Assembly: GCF_009914755.1 (NCBI RefSeq)
Contig: NC_060946.1
From: the human T2T-CHM13v2.0 reference genome, Homo sapiens
Direction: 5' to 3' (one strand)
DNA: 64,000 nucleotides
The notes under the pieces are model-generated. The model did no database searches, had not been told where the DNA came from, and saw only the letters and a program-made list of their open reading frames with translations. The translations under genes were made by a program, and so were the position numbers. Shown here one piece after another: positions 31,865-47,014 of the stretch (its first letter is position 1; each line of letters begins with the position of its first letter).

Positions 31865-33632
31865 CTACAGGTGTTCAAAAAATATTGTTGGATTAAGTCA
31901 ACTCAAATCAGACCTTCAGAATCCTGTCGTTGCCAATCTGAGTCCAAGTCTTTTGTCCAGGGACACCAAAATGAACCAAATACTCTATGCTCTATGCTCT
32001 TCTTTCTTAAAAACAAGGAAATGGAGGCATTGAGTTGTTAGGAATTGCTACTGAAGAATCCTCTATCTCTTCTTAACAAAAAGCATTCATTGAGCTGTTA
32101 TAAGGGCAGCAATGAATGAGACAAGTTTTCTGCCCCCAGGCACTTACTGCCTAGCAGATAAAGCATGACATCATTCGAGCTCCACCTGGTGAGCCTTGTG
32201 CTCCGGGAATGTGGCTCCCAGTGTGGGGCTTGGCTTTGCCTGCTGGCTTCCCCCTTCTACATTCAGGCCTCACCTCTGCCATGCTGTGTCTCCCAAGTTG
32301 AGCTGTTTTTCCAAGGGCCCTCCCTGCCAGGCTGTGCTCTTCTTGGGGGCAGGCCCCATCCATCTTGGCCTCCCCAGCACGGAGCACAGGATCCAGCACA
32401 CAGAAGGAGCTCAACCCACGTTTACCGCACAGCTGGGCTCCTGCAGCCCCACCCCAGACACAGTCGCAGGTAACAGGTAACCACAACCAAATGGCCTTTT
32501 AGGAATTCCAGTTAAGAGCAACGTCTTGAAGGAATTCATAAAAGGAAATGAAGAGCAGGGTATGATATTTTTTCCTTTAAAAAAAAGAATCTAAAAATTG
32601 CATCGTGTTCCCTCCCTCTTTCTTCCCAGCTGCCTGGCTGACTTTACATTCCACGGGCTTTTCAATGAAACCAGATTCCAGGCTGACCTGAGAGCTGGGC
32701 TTGATGTGAGAAGTAATTATTGAAAGAGACAGGGGCAATCTATATAATAAAATGCCTCCTACATGCTTCATAAAAGTGATCTGAGGGCAATGGCAGTCCT
32801 TGTGCTGTTGGGAAGGGGAGGTGGCAGGGCCTGGAGCAGAGGCGGGGTTGCTCCTGGGAGGAGAGCAAACCTCCTTCCAAAGAGATGGCCTGAGAACCTC
32901 GGCTTTGCTGTCCCAGGCCTCAAGGACTCTCAGCCCCTCTCTTGGAAATCCCTTTCTCAGGGAATAGGTAGCCTTGTTAGTTTTTGCTGATACTTGAGAC
33001 ATTTCCTTGGAGCCTCAGAATGCTTTCTCTTGATAATATGTCTCAGGTGGATTTAAGATTGCAGCTGTTACATCAGGATTTAACTTTGACTTACTTGACT
33101 TGCGGGGGAAGAAAAAATCTCTCTCTTTTTTTTTTTTTCATTAGAAGTTCCAATCTGGCACTGCCTGGTGGGTTACTTCATCCAATTATTCAAGAAATAT
33201 TCACTGAGTGCTTATCACATGCCAAGCACTGGGCTGAGAATATAATGGTGAATGCTAGGGTGAGTCCATACCCTAGCAGAGTTGGGAGATGGTTACTCAA
33301 ATAGCCAAGGACCCTACAGCATGATAAAGTACCGTCCTCTAGGAACTCATGCAGAAGGCAGGAAGGACTTCCTGGAGAAGGTGATGTTTTAGCTGAGACC
33401 TGGAGGTCGACTGAGTAGGAGTTTGCCAGACAAAGACGGGCAGGGAAGGGCATTGCAGGCAGAGGGAACAGCACATATGAAGGTCTGTACTCCGGAAAGG
33501 AGAGAGGCTTAGCTTTTTCCTGCCCTCTGCTGTGATGAGGGCCTCTAGGTAGGCCTGGTCCTTGACTCTGTGAAGGATGGAAGGGCAGGGCCCACCACCA
33601 GGAGGGAGATAAAAACAATCGTGTGCACTCAC

Positions 33633-33716
33633 GGAGGAAATATTCTGCTGTGTCAGCTTCGTAATCTGCATCCTCTGGGAAGTGATCAATTTGCTTGCAC
33701 AGACCTTTGAAATTCC
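33633..33716 (-). CDS. CACNG2: CACNG2 (stargazin, TARP gamma-2) coding exon 2, 84 nt, (G)[27 protein letters not shown](R)
   Basis: Peptide recognised within ORF 33190..33744; acceptor ttttgcag|GG at 33718-33717, donor TCC|gtgagt at 33632; phase 1/1. Confidence 0.98.
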
Positions 33717-35154
33717 CTGCAAAACAAGGGGAGAAGGAGCACATGAAACATCATAGTTTTGGGGGCGCTTAGGGCCCACCTGCCTCTTCCCAACTTCTGG
33801 CTCTTTGGAAACTCACTCAGCCCTCTCCCTCACCCCTGAAGGAAGGTTTCGCTTTGTCCGTTTGGACATCTGCCTGGTGAATCACAACACACACACCCGC
33901 AGTACTGCAGAGAGGATCTAAAGCCGACGACTTCAAAACGCTGCCTTCTGTCCCTGCACTGAAGCTTCTGAGGATTAGCGGAGGCTTGGCAGCAGTGGAG
34001 GTTTGATTCCGAGCTGGGGACTGCCACGCAGGAGGCCGATGAATGCTCCTCAGCCCGTCTCTGTGCCCCAGCATAGCTGGGAGTCATCCTGCATTTTACA
34101 TGTGAGAAAGTAGCAGATCACTTTCTAAAGGGGACACACCCCGCACTGGTGCTGCCAGATGCTGCCACAGCCCTTTAGAAGAGCCTGCAAAACACTTTCC
34201 CATCTGCAATTCCGCACGGAATTCACCAAACCCAGCCGCCAACTGCTCTGAAATAAATATGGGGGTGGGGAGGAAGTTGAGCCCCCTGGGGGCTGGACTT
34301 TTGGGTTTTGAACTACAGCTCATTTTGGTTCCACCACAGGCCTGTGAGGGGGGTATTATCATCCTCATTGTATAGATGAGGAAACTGAGGCTCAGAAAGG
34401 CTGAACTATCTGAGCAAGTGCTTGTGGCTAGGAAATGACGGAATCAGGGCTGAAACTAGGATCTTTTGACTCTAAATGTTTCCTCGGTGCCTGCTGGGAA
34501 GGTGAGAACTGGCCTGGGGCAAATCCCAGCACAGTGTCACAGGCAGGTCCTCCCCAGTGTTCACTGATGAGCACGTGAACTCTTGAATGTGGCCTTTCTA
34601 AAAACCGATAAGTAGCACAGACTCTACAATCACCAGAGCATCGGCTTCCTGACAGCAGAGACTTTGTTTCATTCACTGTCTTATCTCCAGCACCAGCATA
34701 GGCACAGTGAATGTCCTTTAACCTTCTCTGAATGGAAGAAAGATTGGGTGTATGCTGGGGCGTATGCACAGTGGGTAAGATGCAGGTTGCACAGCCAGAC
34801 TGCCTGGGTCCAGCTGTGCATCACTCAGTGTCCTCACCTGAGAGTGGCGATAACAAGAATTCTTCCCTGGCAGATTGTCGTGGAGGTTCACTGAGCTGAT
34901 GCATGTTGAGTAGTCAGAACAGTGCCTGACACATTTAGGAAGTCCTTGGGGGCATTGACGTGAGACAGAAATGAAATTTGACTGTGTCCAGCCACCAACA
35001 TAGTAGCTACTGTGACCTAATTAATACAGCCCTCAATACATGTTGGCAATGATTTTCTTCTACAGTCCTGAGACTATGTCTTATAAAATAGGGGCAGATT
35101 CTAGTATGTGTCATAGATATTAATTAGGAATTTTACGGTATTATTACATATACC

Positions 35155-35457
35155 TTTTTTTTTTTTTTTTCCCCCTGAAATGGAGTCTCACTCTGTCACC
35201 CAGGCTTGAGTGCAGTGGTGTGATCTCGGCTCACGGCAACCTCCAACTCCCAAGTTCAAGTGATTCTCCTGCGTCAGCCTCCTGAGTAGCTGGGATTACA
35301 GGCACATACCAACATGCCCAGCTAATTTTTGTATTTTAGTAGAGATGGGGTTTCACCATGTTGGCCAGGCTGGTCCCCCACTCCTGACTTCAAGTGATCT
35401 GCCTGCCTTGGCCTCCCAAAGTGCTGGGATTACAGGCATAATCCACTGTGCCCAGCC
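35155..35457 (-). mobile_element. AluS
   Basis: Full dimer. Confidence 0.9.
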
Positions 35458-35506
35458 TAGACATATATATATATATGTGTGTGTGTGTATAAAATAGACC
35501 TATATA

Positions 35507-35585
35507 TTAGGTTGGTGCAAAAGCAACTGTGGTTTTTGCCATCAAAAGTAATAGTGAAACCGTAATTACTTTTGCATCAACCTAA
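35507..35585. mobile_element. MADE1 (Hsmar1-derived MITE) with TA target-site duplications
   Basis: TTAGGTTGGTGCAAAAG...CTTTTGCATCAACCTAA palindrome, ~80 bp, flanked by TA. Confidence 0.93.
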
Positions 35586-37124
35586 TAGTACACAGGTATA
35601 TAGTATACAGGGATACTTACGTACTACGTAGGAATATAAGCATTTTAGGAACTTCTGGCTATGATTATATGCTGCATATAATGGAAAAGAGGAATCTCTG
35701 TAACTCCCTTTCACACATGAGCTATCCCTGTACCAAATTCACTAACTTTCTTGAGTTCTACAAGAAAAACAATTCCCCAGACCATATCGGGACTTCTGGT
35801 CGCTTCACTGAAGCTTGGTAGGGCCACTCAAAATGGTCCCATGGACAGGTGTCTTCTCTGAGTGTTTTGGGTTCCCTGCTTTTTGCTGTCCCCACCCCCA
35901 TCGTGTCATGGCCCCTCTGCCCTCCTGCATCTTGGGGTGTTAAAAGGAAGCCTTGTCCCCTCCCTAGTACCTTGTTTTCCTAATCCAACCATGCACCCTT
36001 CTCTGTGGGAAAAGTCTTCATACCAGCTGCTAAGAGGATAACAAATTCTCCCTATTGTTAAAATTACAAATCAGTGTATTTGAAAAGCACTTCGCAAAGC
36101 ACTCTCATTTTCTTTCAATTCAATCTGACAAATATTTCAGCAAGCCGGTGCCAGGCATCTTTATAAAGAATCTGTGCAGGAGTGAGGCTCAGAGAGCAGT
36201 ACTGACATGCCCTGAGGCGTCCCACAAATTGAGGACAGAGCTTCACCCAGCAGGGCCCCAGCTGCATCCTGGTGGGCCACACCCGCTCCTGTTCCCCGCA
36301 GGAACAGGAGCTCACATTCTACGGGGAGCCTAGTTGCTCCTTGTGTGCAAGCCTGGGCTTCACTCATCCTTGGACCATTGGCTCCTAGCGCAGTGCCTGG
36401 CACAGAAGCAGGGTTCAGGAGATGCTAACAGAGAGGCCGTGCGAGATAATCAGTGGCCCAGACCTCTCCTTGAGGCCTGGACCTGGGTATCCAGCTGCCT
36501 ATTTGACATCTCCTGGTGGATGTTTTAAAGGCACTGAACATGAACTCCTGATCTTTCCCTCTAGCCTGGCACTCTGGAGGCCCCAGTTAGCTTGGCGAAT
36601 GCTTCTCCAGGGTTCCCTTGTGTAAGCCTGAGCCTAGTTGTCAGCGCTGACATCTATCTCTTCCTCCTCCCTGCAGGCTCCATCCATCAGGGCGTCCTGT
36701 CTGTATTAGATCCTTAGTGTCTCAAACTTGCCTGATGTCTCTGAGACAGCACCGCCCACTACCAGGCCACCATCCCTGCTCCCTGGATGGCTGCCGCGGC
36801 CTCCCCACTCATCAGTTTGCACCCACTCTTATCCTTCTCTACAGAGCTATGACAGTGATCCTTTGTACATGCAAATCTGATCATGCCACCTCCAGCTCGG
36901 AAACACTCCAGCTTCCCAGTGCTGTCGGGGAAAAGCTCAACATCTCTAACAAAGCCTGACCCCCAACCTCCACATCTGGCCTCACCTCCCACCCACCTCC
37001 TCCCTCCCTGTGCATCTCTGCCTTCTTTCCTGCCATGCTCCCTCCTACCTCAGGACCGTGGCACATGCATGCTGGTCCTGCTGCCTGAACTCCCACCACG
37101 TCCTCTGTTGCCTCTTTCTCCTAA

Positions 37125-37496
<372 letters not shown>

Positions 37497-37565
37497 TAAG
37501 GGGGGAGATATTAAAGCCTGTATGATACTAGTGGGAATGTTCTAGTAGAGAGGGAAGAAGGGAGG

Positions 37566-38641
<1,076 letters not shown>

Positions 38642-39395
38642 CAAGTATGCACTGGAAAGGTCACACAAATTAATAGATAAGGCAAAACTACAACATTCGC
38701 TGTTATTTTCTATATACATCGAGTATATATTAAGAAACTGCCTACCCGGTTAAAATTTGAAGTGCAAATGATTCGTCAAATTATTCTAATAAGCCCCAAA
38801 TCACCGATTGGTTTTTAGAAATGAGTGGTGTGATCTTTTGATGATGAGGCTGTTATGAGCTAAATGATGGCTTGACTGGACCATGCTTTGACACAGGAAA
38901 CCACACCAGATGCTCCCCAAGCTTCCCTGTTAGAGTAAGGGTCATTCCACCTCGGCGAGTGCAGAATCTTCTCCTAAGTTGTCCTCTACGGTTCGACTAG
39001 AGGACCTCTCTGTGCCCAGCAGCCCCAGGAGGTCAGGGCCGGGAATGGGAAGGTAGTGGGAGGCTGTGAGAGGGGTAGAGGCTCTCATCGGCAGGGCAGT
39101 GGTGTGCGCCCAGCCCAGCCCAGTCCCACCAGTCAGGACCAGTAGGGAGACTCTTCTTCTCTTGCCCCCATCCTTGGGGCGGGCCTTGGAGTTTATAGAA
39201 CCTGAGAACAGAGCTGAGTCCTTAACCCAGCCTTGGGGAGCGAGGAGAGGAGATGGAGCCTTGGTCCCAGCCCTTCTCTTCTCTCTGCCCCGCCCAATGC
39301 AGGAGCCACCCCTTCCCCCAGCCAGCTTCCCTGACATAGTAAGACTGATCGGTACAACAGTATTTCAATATTTAACAACCAGTGAGGCAGCACCG

Positions 39396-39745
39396 GCACA
39401 TCAGGTTGGAGTGAAGGGGTCACGGCCAGGGACTGGAGGGGCTGATTGCCTGGTTGTGGAATCTGCAAGGATGATAACGGGAGCAGCATTGGAGGCAAAG
39501 GCAGTGAGCCAGCGCTCAGCTCCCCAAAGACTGAATGGCGGCGGCCATGAGGGAGTCGGACAGGTAGGCTGGGATGTGTTTCACAGAGGCAGGGAGTTTA
39601 GGGAGGAGGCAGGGAAATGGACCGGAAATGTCGATGAGGCCCAGGGAGGCCTGGGATGTGAGCAGTAAAACACTCTCGACAGTGAGAGTTTGCAGGGGCG
39701 GTGGTGTCCTTCGGGGAAAGCCAGATTTCCATTAGAGCAAGGACA
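39396..39745 (-). mobile_element. L2 fragment, continuation
   Basis: ggggaaagccagatttccattagagcaagg. Confidence 0.5.
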
Positions 39746-40838
39746 GAATGGGGGGATTCTGCTGGCACTGTGACCTAAATTCTAGAAGGTGCCATGGCAA
39801 GGATTTAGGAGGGCGGGGGAGTTAGAGATCCAGCCAGATCAGAGGACACACAGCCCTGAGGGACAAGTGATGAGTAGGGAGGAGTGATGGGGTAAACTGG
39901 GATACAGGTCACTGTGCGATTGGTCCCAACGCCTCTGGTGGCCATGAGGCTGTGAGGGTCAGCTGGAGGAGCACAGGGTCTCCAGGAGCACTTGGAGCTC
40001 GGTGGGCCCTGGATTCAGTCTGATTAATGGTGGTGCTGGGGAGAGGTATAGGAGGGGAGGGGGCACTAGCAGCACTCAAGCATTAGTGGTGAAATTTGAA
40101 CTTCATAGGACATCTACGTCAACAGACATCACTCCAGTAAGGGGAGAGTGGTGAGTGGTGATGAAATGAATGAGATTTCATTTCCCTAAGGCCAGCCTAG
40201 GGTTCCATTGTATTTCCTTCTGGTTGGTGGTAATCCACCCCAGGGGTTGTGATGGCTTCAGGCACAGATGGATCCAGGTGCTCCAAAATCTGGAACCTCT
40301 CTCCATCTCTGACTTTCCTCCCAACTAGCTTCATTCCTAGGCACCCTCTGTCCCTGTGGTAGAGACTAAGGGCCAAGTGCCTGGCACTGGGATGGTAGAG
40401 GAAAATCTAATCTCATCTCTGCCTTCCAGGCTCACATTCTAGGGGCAAAGACAGATAGTACAGAACTTACTAGAGTGCAATCCTTCACATACTATATTAG
40501 AAGGAGGTATGAGGCCTTATGGCAGCACAATTGTTCAGCTATCATTTATGTAGCACCAATTGTATGCCACGCTCCATGCAACCTGCTGAGAACAGAGGGG
40601 GAAAAATATACTTTCTGTCCTCAAGGAACTTGCAGTCTATGATGGCAGACAGAAAACACACGCTGTGGTGTAGAGGATGTGTGTGATGACAGAGGAGAGT
40701 GGAGCGTGTCTGGGGCACACAGATGGAAGGTGTGTCCAGGCGAGGGAGTGTGTGGGTGACAAAGGCCTCCTGAGGAGGAGCAGGTGCCTGAGCTGACACA
40801 AAGTGGAGAAGTCAGCCTGATGAAGCAGGGAGGGGTCC

Positions 40839-41316
40839 GTGTATGCCCGCGTGTGTGTCTGTGTGTGTGTCTGTGTGTGTGTGCATGTGTGTGTGTCTGT
40901 GTGTGCATGGGTGTGTGTGCGTATGTGTGTGCGTGCATGGGTGTGTGTGTCTGTGTGTGTGTCTTGTGTGCATGGATGTGTGTCTGTGTGTGTACATCGG
41001 TGTGTGTGTGTGCATGTGTGTGTGTGTGCATGGGTGTTTGTGTGTCTGTGCCTGTGTGTACATGGGTGTGTGTGTGCATGTGTGTGTCTGTGTGTGCATG
41101 TGTGTTTGTGTGTGTCTGTGTCTGTATGTGGGTAGTTTTGAATGCCTACTGTGTGCTCACTGGGCAGGGTGAGATGAAGTCTGCATATGTGTGTGTGTGC
41201 ATGTATGTGTCTGTGTGTGCATGTGTCTTTGTGTGTGTCTCTGTGTGTACATGGGTATGTGAGTCTGTGTGCATGGGTGTGTGTGTGTCTATGTGTGTGC
41301 ATGTGTCTGTGTGTGT
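40839..41316. repeat. Complex (TG)n low-complexity tract
   Basis: ~480 bp of degenerate TG repeats. Confidence 0.95.
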
Positions 41317-41475
41317 AGGCGTGATGAGGAAGTGGTGGAGGGTTGAGAAGGGCTTTCTAGCAAGAGCAGTCAGGATAGTGCGGGACATAGGAGGGAACAC
41401 ACTGTCCCTGGGGGTGGGAGAAGGTTTCCCAGAGCAGAGTTGGGAGTAACAGGACTTGAGAGAGGGCCCGAAGCC

Positions 41476-41667
41476 AGCAGTGTGCGGGCCGGCTCGCCCC
41501 TGCTCAAGGGAGCTCATCACCAGTGTCTTCCCAGCTCTCGTTAGCAGTTTGAAATCAGCCGTGGTAGGTGTATTCACACCATGGGAACCCACGGCAAATG
41601 CTACAAACCAAGTTCCCCACCTCCAGCCCAGGGAGCTGATTGTTAAACATGTACCAGCACACCACTG
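41476..41667 (-). mobile_element. MER63A-like hAT element
   Basis: ttgttaaacatgtaccagcacaccactg terminus. Confidence 0.7.
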
Positions 41668-42937
41668 GATGAAGGGTGATCCTATGTGAGGAGTCAGCTG
41701 GTACAAAGACGTGACAAATTGGTGGGATTGGAGATTTGCAAAAGGACTGGTCCCATCAGAGGGCTGGGTGGGTGAGGGTGAGGGTGAGGGTGGGTGATGG
41801 CTGGAGTGGAGTGCAGGGGTCTCACTGCCCGCTGTCCCCTCAGGCATTGGCTTTGAGCTTCCAGAGGAAAGGGGATGCAGGGAAGACTCTCCCACCATGA
41901 ACTATAAAGGGTTATTCAGCTAAGGGGCTCAACAACCATGACTCTCCATGGAACCTCCATCCCAGAAGAGTGGCAGTGCCCCACCAACCGCCAGGCTGAG
42001 TGAGTTCAGGCCCCGCTGAGGCGGAAAGGCCAAGGGCTGTGCCGTGGGCTGGCACAGCTCTGGCTCAAGGAGTTTACCATGTCAGGCTGGGAATTGCAGC
42101 TTGCAGGTATTAAGTAGTTTAAGAGGAGGTTTCATCAGCTTTGTAAAAAGCACATTAATATCTCACACCAACTGCTGTCTTGTTTCTTTAGATACAATAA
42201 GCTCCTCATAAACCTGGTCATTAGGGGCTGAACAGACTCTGTTTTATTTTCCACATATTCATGAGAAGCTGAAAGAGCAGCTCTGGAGCCAGGAGGGGAC
42301 ACGGTGGAGCGAGCTGAGGCGTGGGGAGGAGGCTGTCTGAGTAATTTTTTAAGTGAAGCAAAGGAAGGGTTTAGTGGGAGCTGCTTTCTCTGTGTTTTCA
42401 ACCTTTGCTGCTCCTGGCTTTTTGCTTTCCTGGCAATACCTCCCTGACGGCAGGGATTCGGGAGGCCTCAGGGAGGGTGGGCCATGCCTGGCTTGTTTCT
42501 GGCTGGAACCCCAGCCCCCTGGGGCACAGCGCAGCCACCAGCTTGGGTTGGATGGTTTGCAACAACAGAACGTGTGGCATCCTATGAGTTTGATCGTTCT
42601 CTCGTTCCTTCATTCATTCTTTCAGTGGGTAGTTTCTTTCTTTTTTTGTTTTTTGGGAAGGAGGGAGGGGAGGAAGAGCTAGGGGTCAAGAAGGGAGAGG
42701 GCAGTCTCAGTGGGTAGTTTCGAATGCCTACTGTGTGCTAGGCACTGGGCAGGGTGAGATGAAGTAAGTGGTCTGTCCTGCCTGCCTGCCATGAATTTGC
42801 TCCTTCCATTGGCTCTGAGCTCCCACTTCACTGAAGTCCCCAGCACTCAGGAGCTGACCACAATGAACAATTGCTCATCCAACTTTCAGTTGCATCCTGT
42901 CCTGGCTCTTGTCTCCATAGCTACCTCTTCAGTTCTT

Positions 42938-43492
<555 letters not shown>

Positions 43493-43529
43493 CTTTAGTT
43501 CTTCACATGTGATTTGGGGGAGGAGATTG

Positions 43530-43760
43530 GGCTCCAGAGTTAGAAAGATTTGGCTTCTAAGCCTGGCTCTGTTACCTAGTAGCTGTGTGAATTTGAGCAA
43601 GTTATGTGACCTCTCTGTGCCTCAGTTTCCTTTGCTGTAAGAAGGCAATATCAGTCCTCACCGAGGGGGTAAGGGGATTAACTTTGAAGACTCGATGAAA
43701 TAACAGAAGTGAAGGGCCCCAGTGCAGTTCTTAACCCAGAACAGATACTCAACAATGTAG
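43530..43760 (+). mobile_element. MIR
   Basis: MIR core ctctctgtgcctcagtttcc. Confidence 0.7.
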
Positions 43761-43861
43761 GTCCTCCTTCTTTTTCTTCTCTTTCAAATGGCACCTCTTT
43801 CAGGAGGCCTTTCTTGATTGCCCTTAGCTGGGAAGACTCTTTCCTCTCCTACGCTCCTATG

Positions 43862-44037
43862 CAGTGCTTTTCAGCATTTTAATGGGCATGGGAAGCCCCT
43901 GGGGATCACGTTAAGCCAGGTTCAGATTCGGTGACTCTCAGTGGCCTGAGACTCTGTATTTCTCATGAGCTTGCAGGAAGTGCCCACGCTGCCAGGCCCC
44001 AGTGGCGGGGGCCACACTTTGGGTTGGGTAGCGAGGC
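43862..44037 (+). mobile_element. MER5B-like element
   Basis: ggcctgagactctgtatttctc ... ccacactttg...gtagcgagg. Confidence 0.6.
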
Positions 44038-44160
44038 TGTCAAGCACCTTTTAGCTGCTTTGGTCATATTCTCTTTGTGTATTGTTGTTTGGGAACAAAG
44101 AGCTGCAAGTCTGTAAGCTCCTCAAGGGCAGAATTTCTTCTAGAGGATTCCCTGAATATA

Positions 44161-44315
44161 CCATATTTTCCTTGATTCTAAGACGCTCACATGCAAATTT
44201 CAATGTTTCTGAAATTGAGATGTGTCTTATAATTCACGGGTTCACTTCACTGCAGTGTGTCTCTTTTCTCCTGAAACATCATTATCACATTGATGGTGAG
44301 CCTTTTAATTAATGG
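44161..44315 (+). mobile_element. MER104-like (Tc2) element
   Basis: gattctaagacgc...tctgaaattgagatgtgtctta. Confidence 0.55.
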
Positions 44316-44490
44316 TAATGGCTGCCTGAAAAAAGTTTATTGAACAAATAAATAAATGAATGAGTTAGTGTGTGTGGGTGTCCAGCGACTGTACTACACA
44401 TTTCCATTCACCTAAACAGTTGAGCATCATGCCAAATATTAGAATCCCTGGGGCACCAAGATCTTTTGCACTTCTCTTATGAAAAACCTA

Positions 44491-45150
<660 letters not shown>

Positions 45151-45174
45151 CAAATCTATTTGAATATATCAAAA

Positions 45175-45990
<816 letters not shown>

Positions 45991-46004
45991 TCTTTATTCC
46001 CTGC

Positions 46005-46670
46005 TGTGACAGAGGCTGTTTCCAAATATGTCTTGTTCTTTTCAAGTTTTGCCTGGACATATGGCTTCCCAGAACGTAGGCTTTAGTTCCCAGCCTCGCT
46101 TGCAGCTGGAGGTGGTCATGTGACAAAGTTCTGGCCAATGGGATGTGAGTGGAAATGATGGGAACAACTTGGGAGGAATGGCCTTTAGGGCATGGGATGT
46201 GCCCTTCTCAGTCCTTTCCTCTTGGCAAGTGGACTAAGGAGCTCCAGCCGCCATCTTGGTCAATGAGACAATCTTGAGAATGGAGAGCTGCATGATGGTA
46301 GAATAAGATAAAGGGTATCTGAGCCACACTCCCATGGAGTGTTATACCAGTCTTGGATAACTTATCTCCAGAGCTGTGCAACGAGAAAGAAATAAACTAT
46401 CAACTATCTTTATTTTCTTACTTTTAATTTTTTTAGAGACAGGTTCTTGCTTTGTCACCCAGATTGGAGTGCAGTGGCATGATCATAGCTCACTGTGACC
46501 TCGAACTCTTGGGCTTAAATGATCCTCCTGCCTCAGTCTCCTGAGTAGCTGGGACTACAGGTGCATGCCACCACACCCGTCCTGTCTTTTTAATTTTAGG
46601 TAAATAAACCAAAAAAACAAAAAAAAAAATGCGGGAAACTTTATAGCCAAGCCTAATCCTAATGAACATA
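46005..46670 (+). mobile_element. MLT1J-like LTR interrupted by an Alu monomer
   Basis: ggtcatgtgacaaagttctggccaatgggatgtgagtggaa; gaaagaaataaact; gcctaatcctaa. Confidence 0.65.
46420..46582 (-). mobile_element. Alu right monomer (FRAM/AluJ)
   Basis: Single monomer. Confidence 0.8.
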
Positions 46671-46714
46671 ACCTGTACAAGTTAAAATAGTCTTTAAAAA
46701 AGCTTGATTTTTAA

Positions 46715-47014
46715 ATTTGTTTTTTTTTTTTTGATACGGAGTCTTGCTCTGTTGCCAAGGCTGGAGTGCAGTGGTGTGATCTTGGCTCACTGCAAACTCT
46801 GCCTCCCGAGTTCAAGCGATTCTTGTGCCTCAGCCTCCTGAGTAGTTGGAATTACAGACACGCACCACCAAGCTTGGCTAACTTTTGTATTTTTGGTAGA
46901 GATGGAGTTTTACTATGTTGGCCAGGCTGGTCTGGAACTCCCAACCTCAGGTGATCTGCCCGCCCTGGCCTCCCTAAGTGCTGAGATTATAGGCATGAAC
47001 CACCGCTCCCGGCC
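46715..47014 (-). mobile_element. AluS inside the L1 tail region
   Basis: Full dimer. Confidence 0.88.

Noticed and set aside
38658-38690. Faint resemblance to mitochondrial 12S rRNA (ggtcacac...attaa)
   Set aside because: Similarity does not extend; no NUMT call is justified
40542-41898. Long His/Thr and Cys/Val ORFs (up to 250 aa; similar ones at 52805-53407)
   Set aside because: Products of TG/CA microsatellites and transposon remnants
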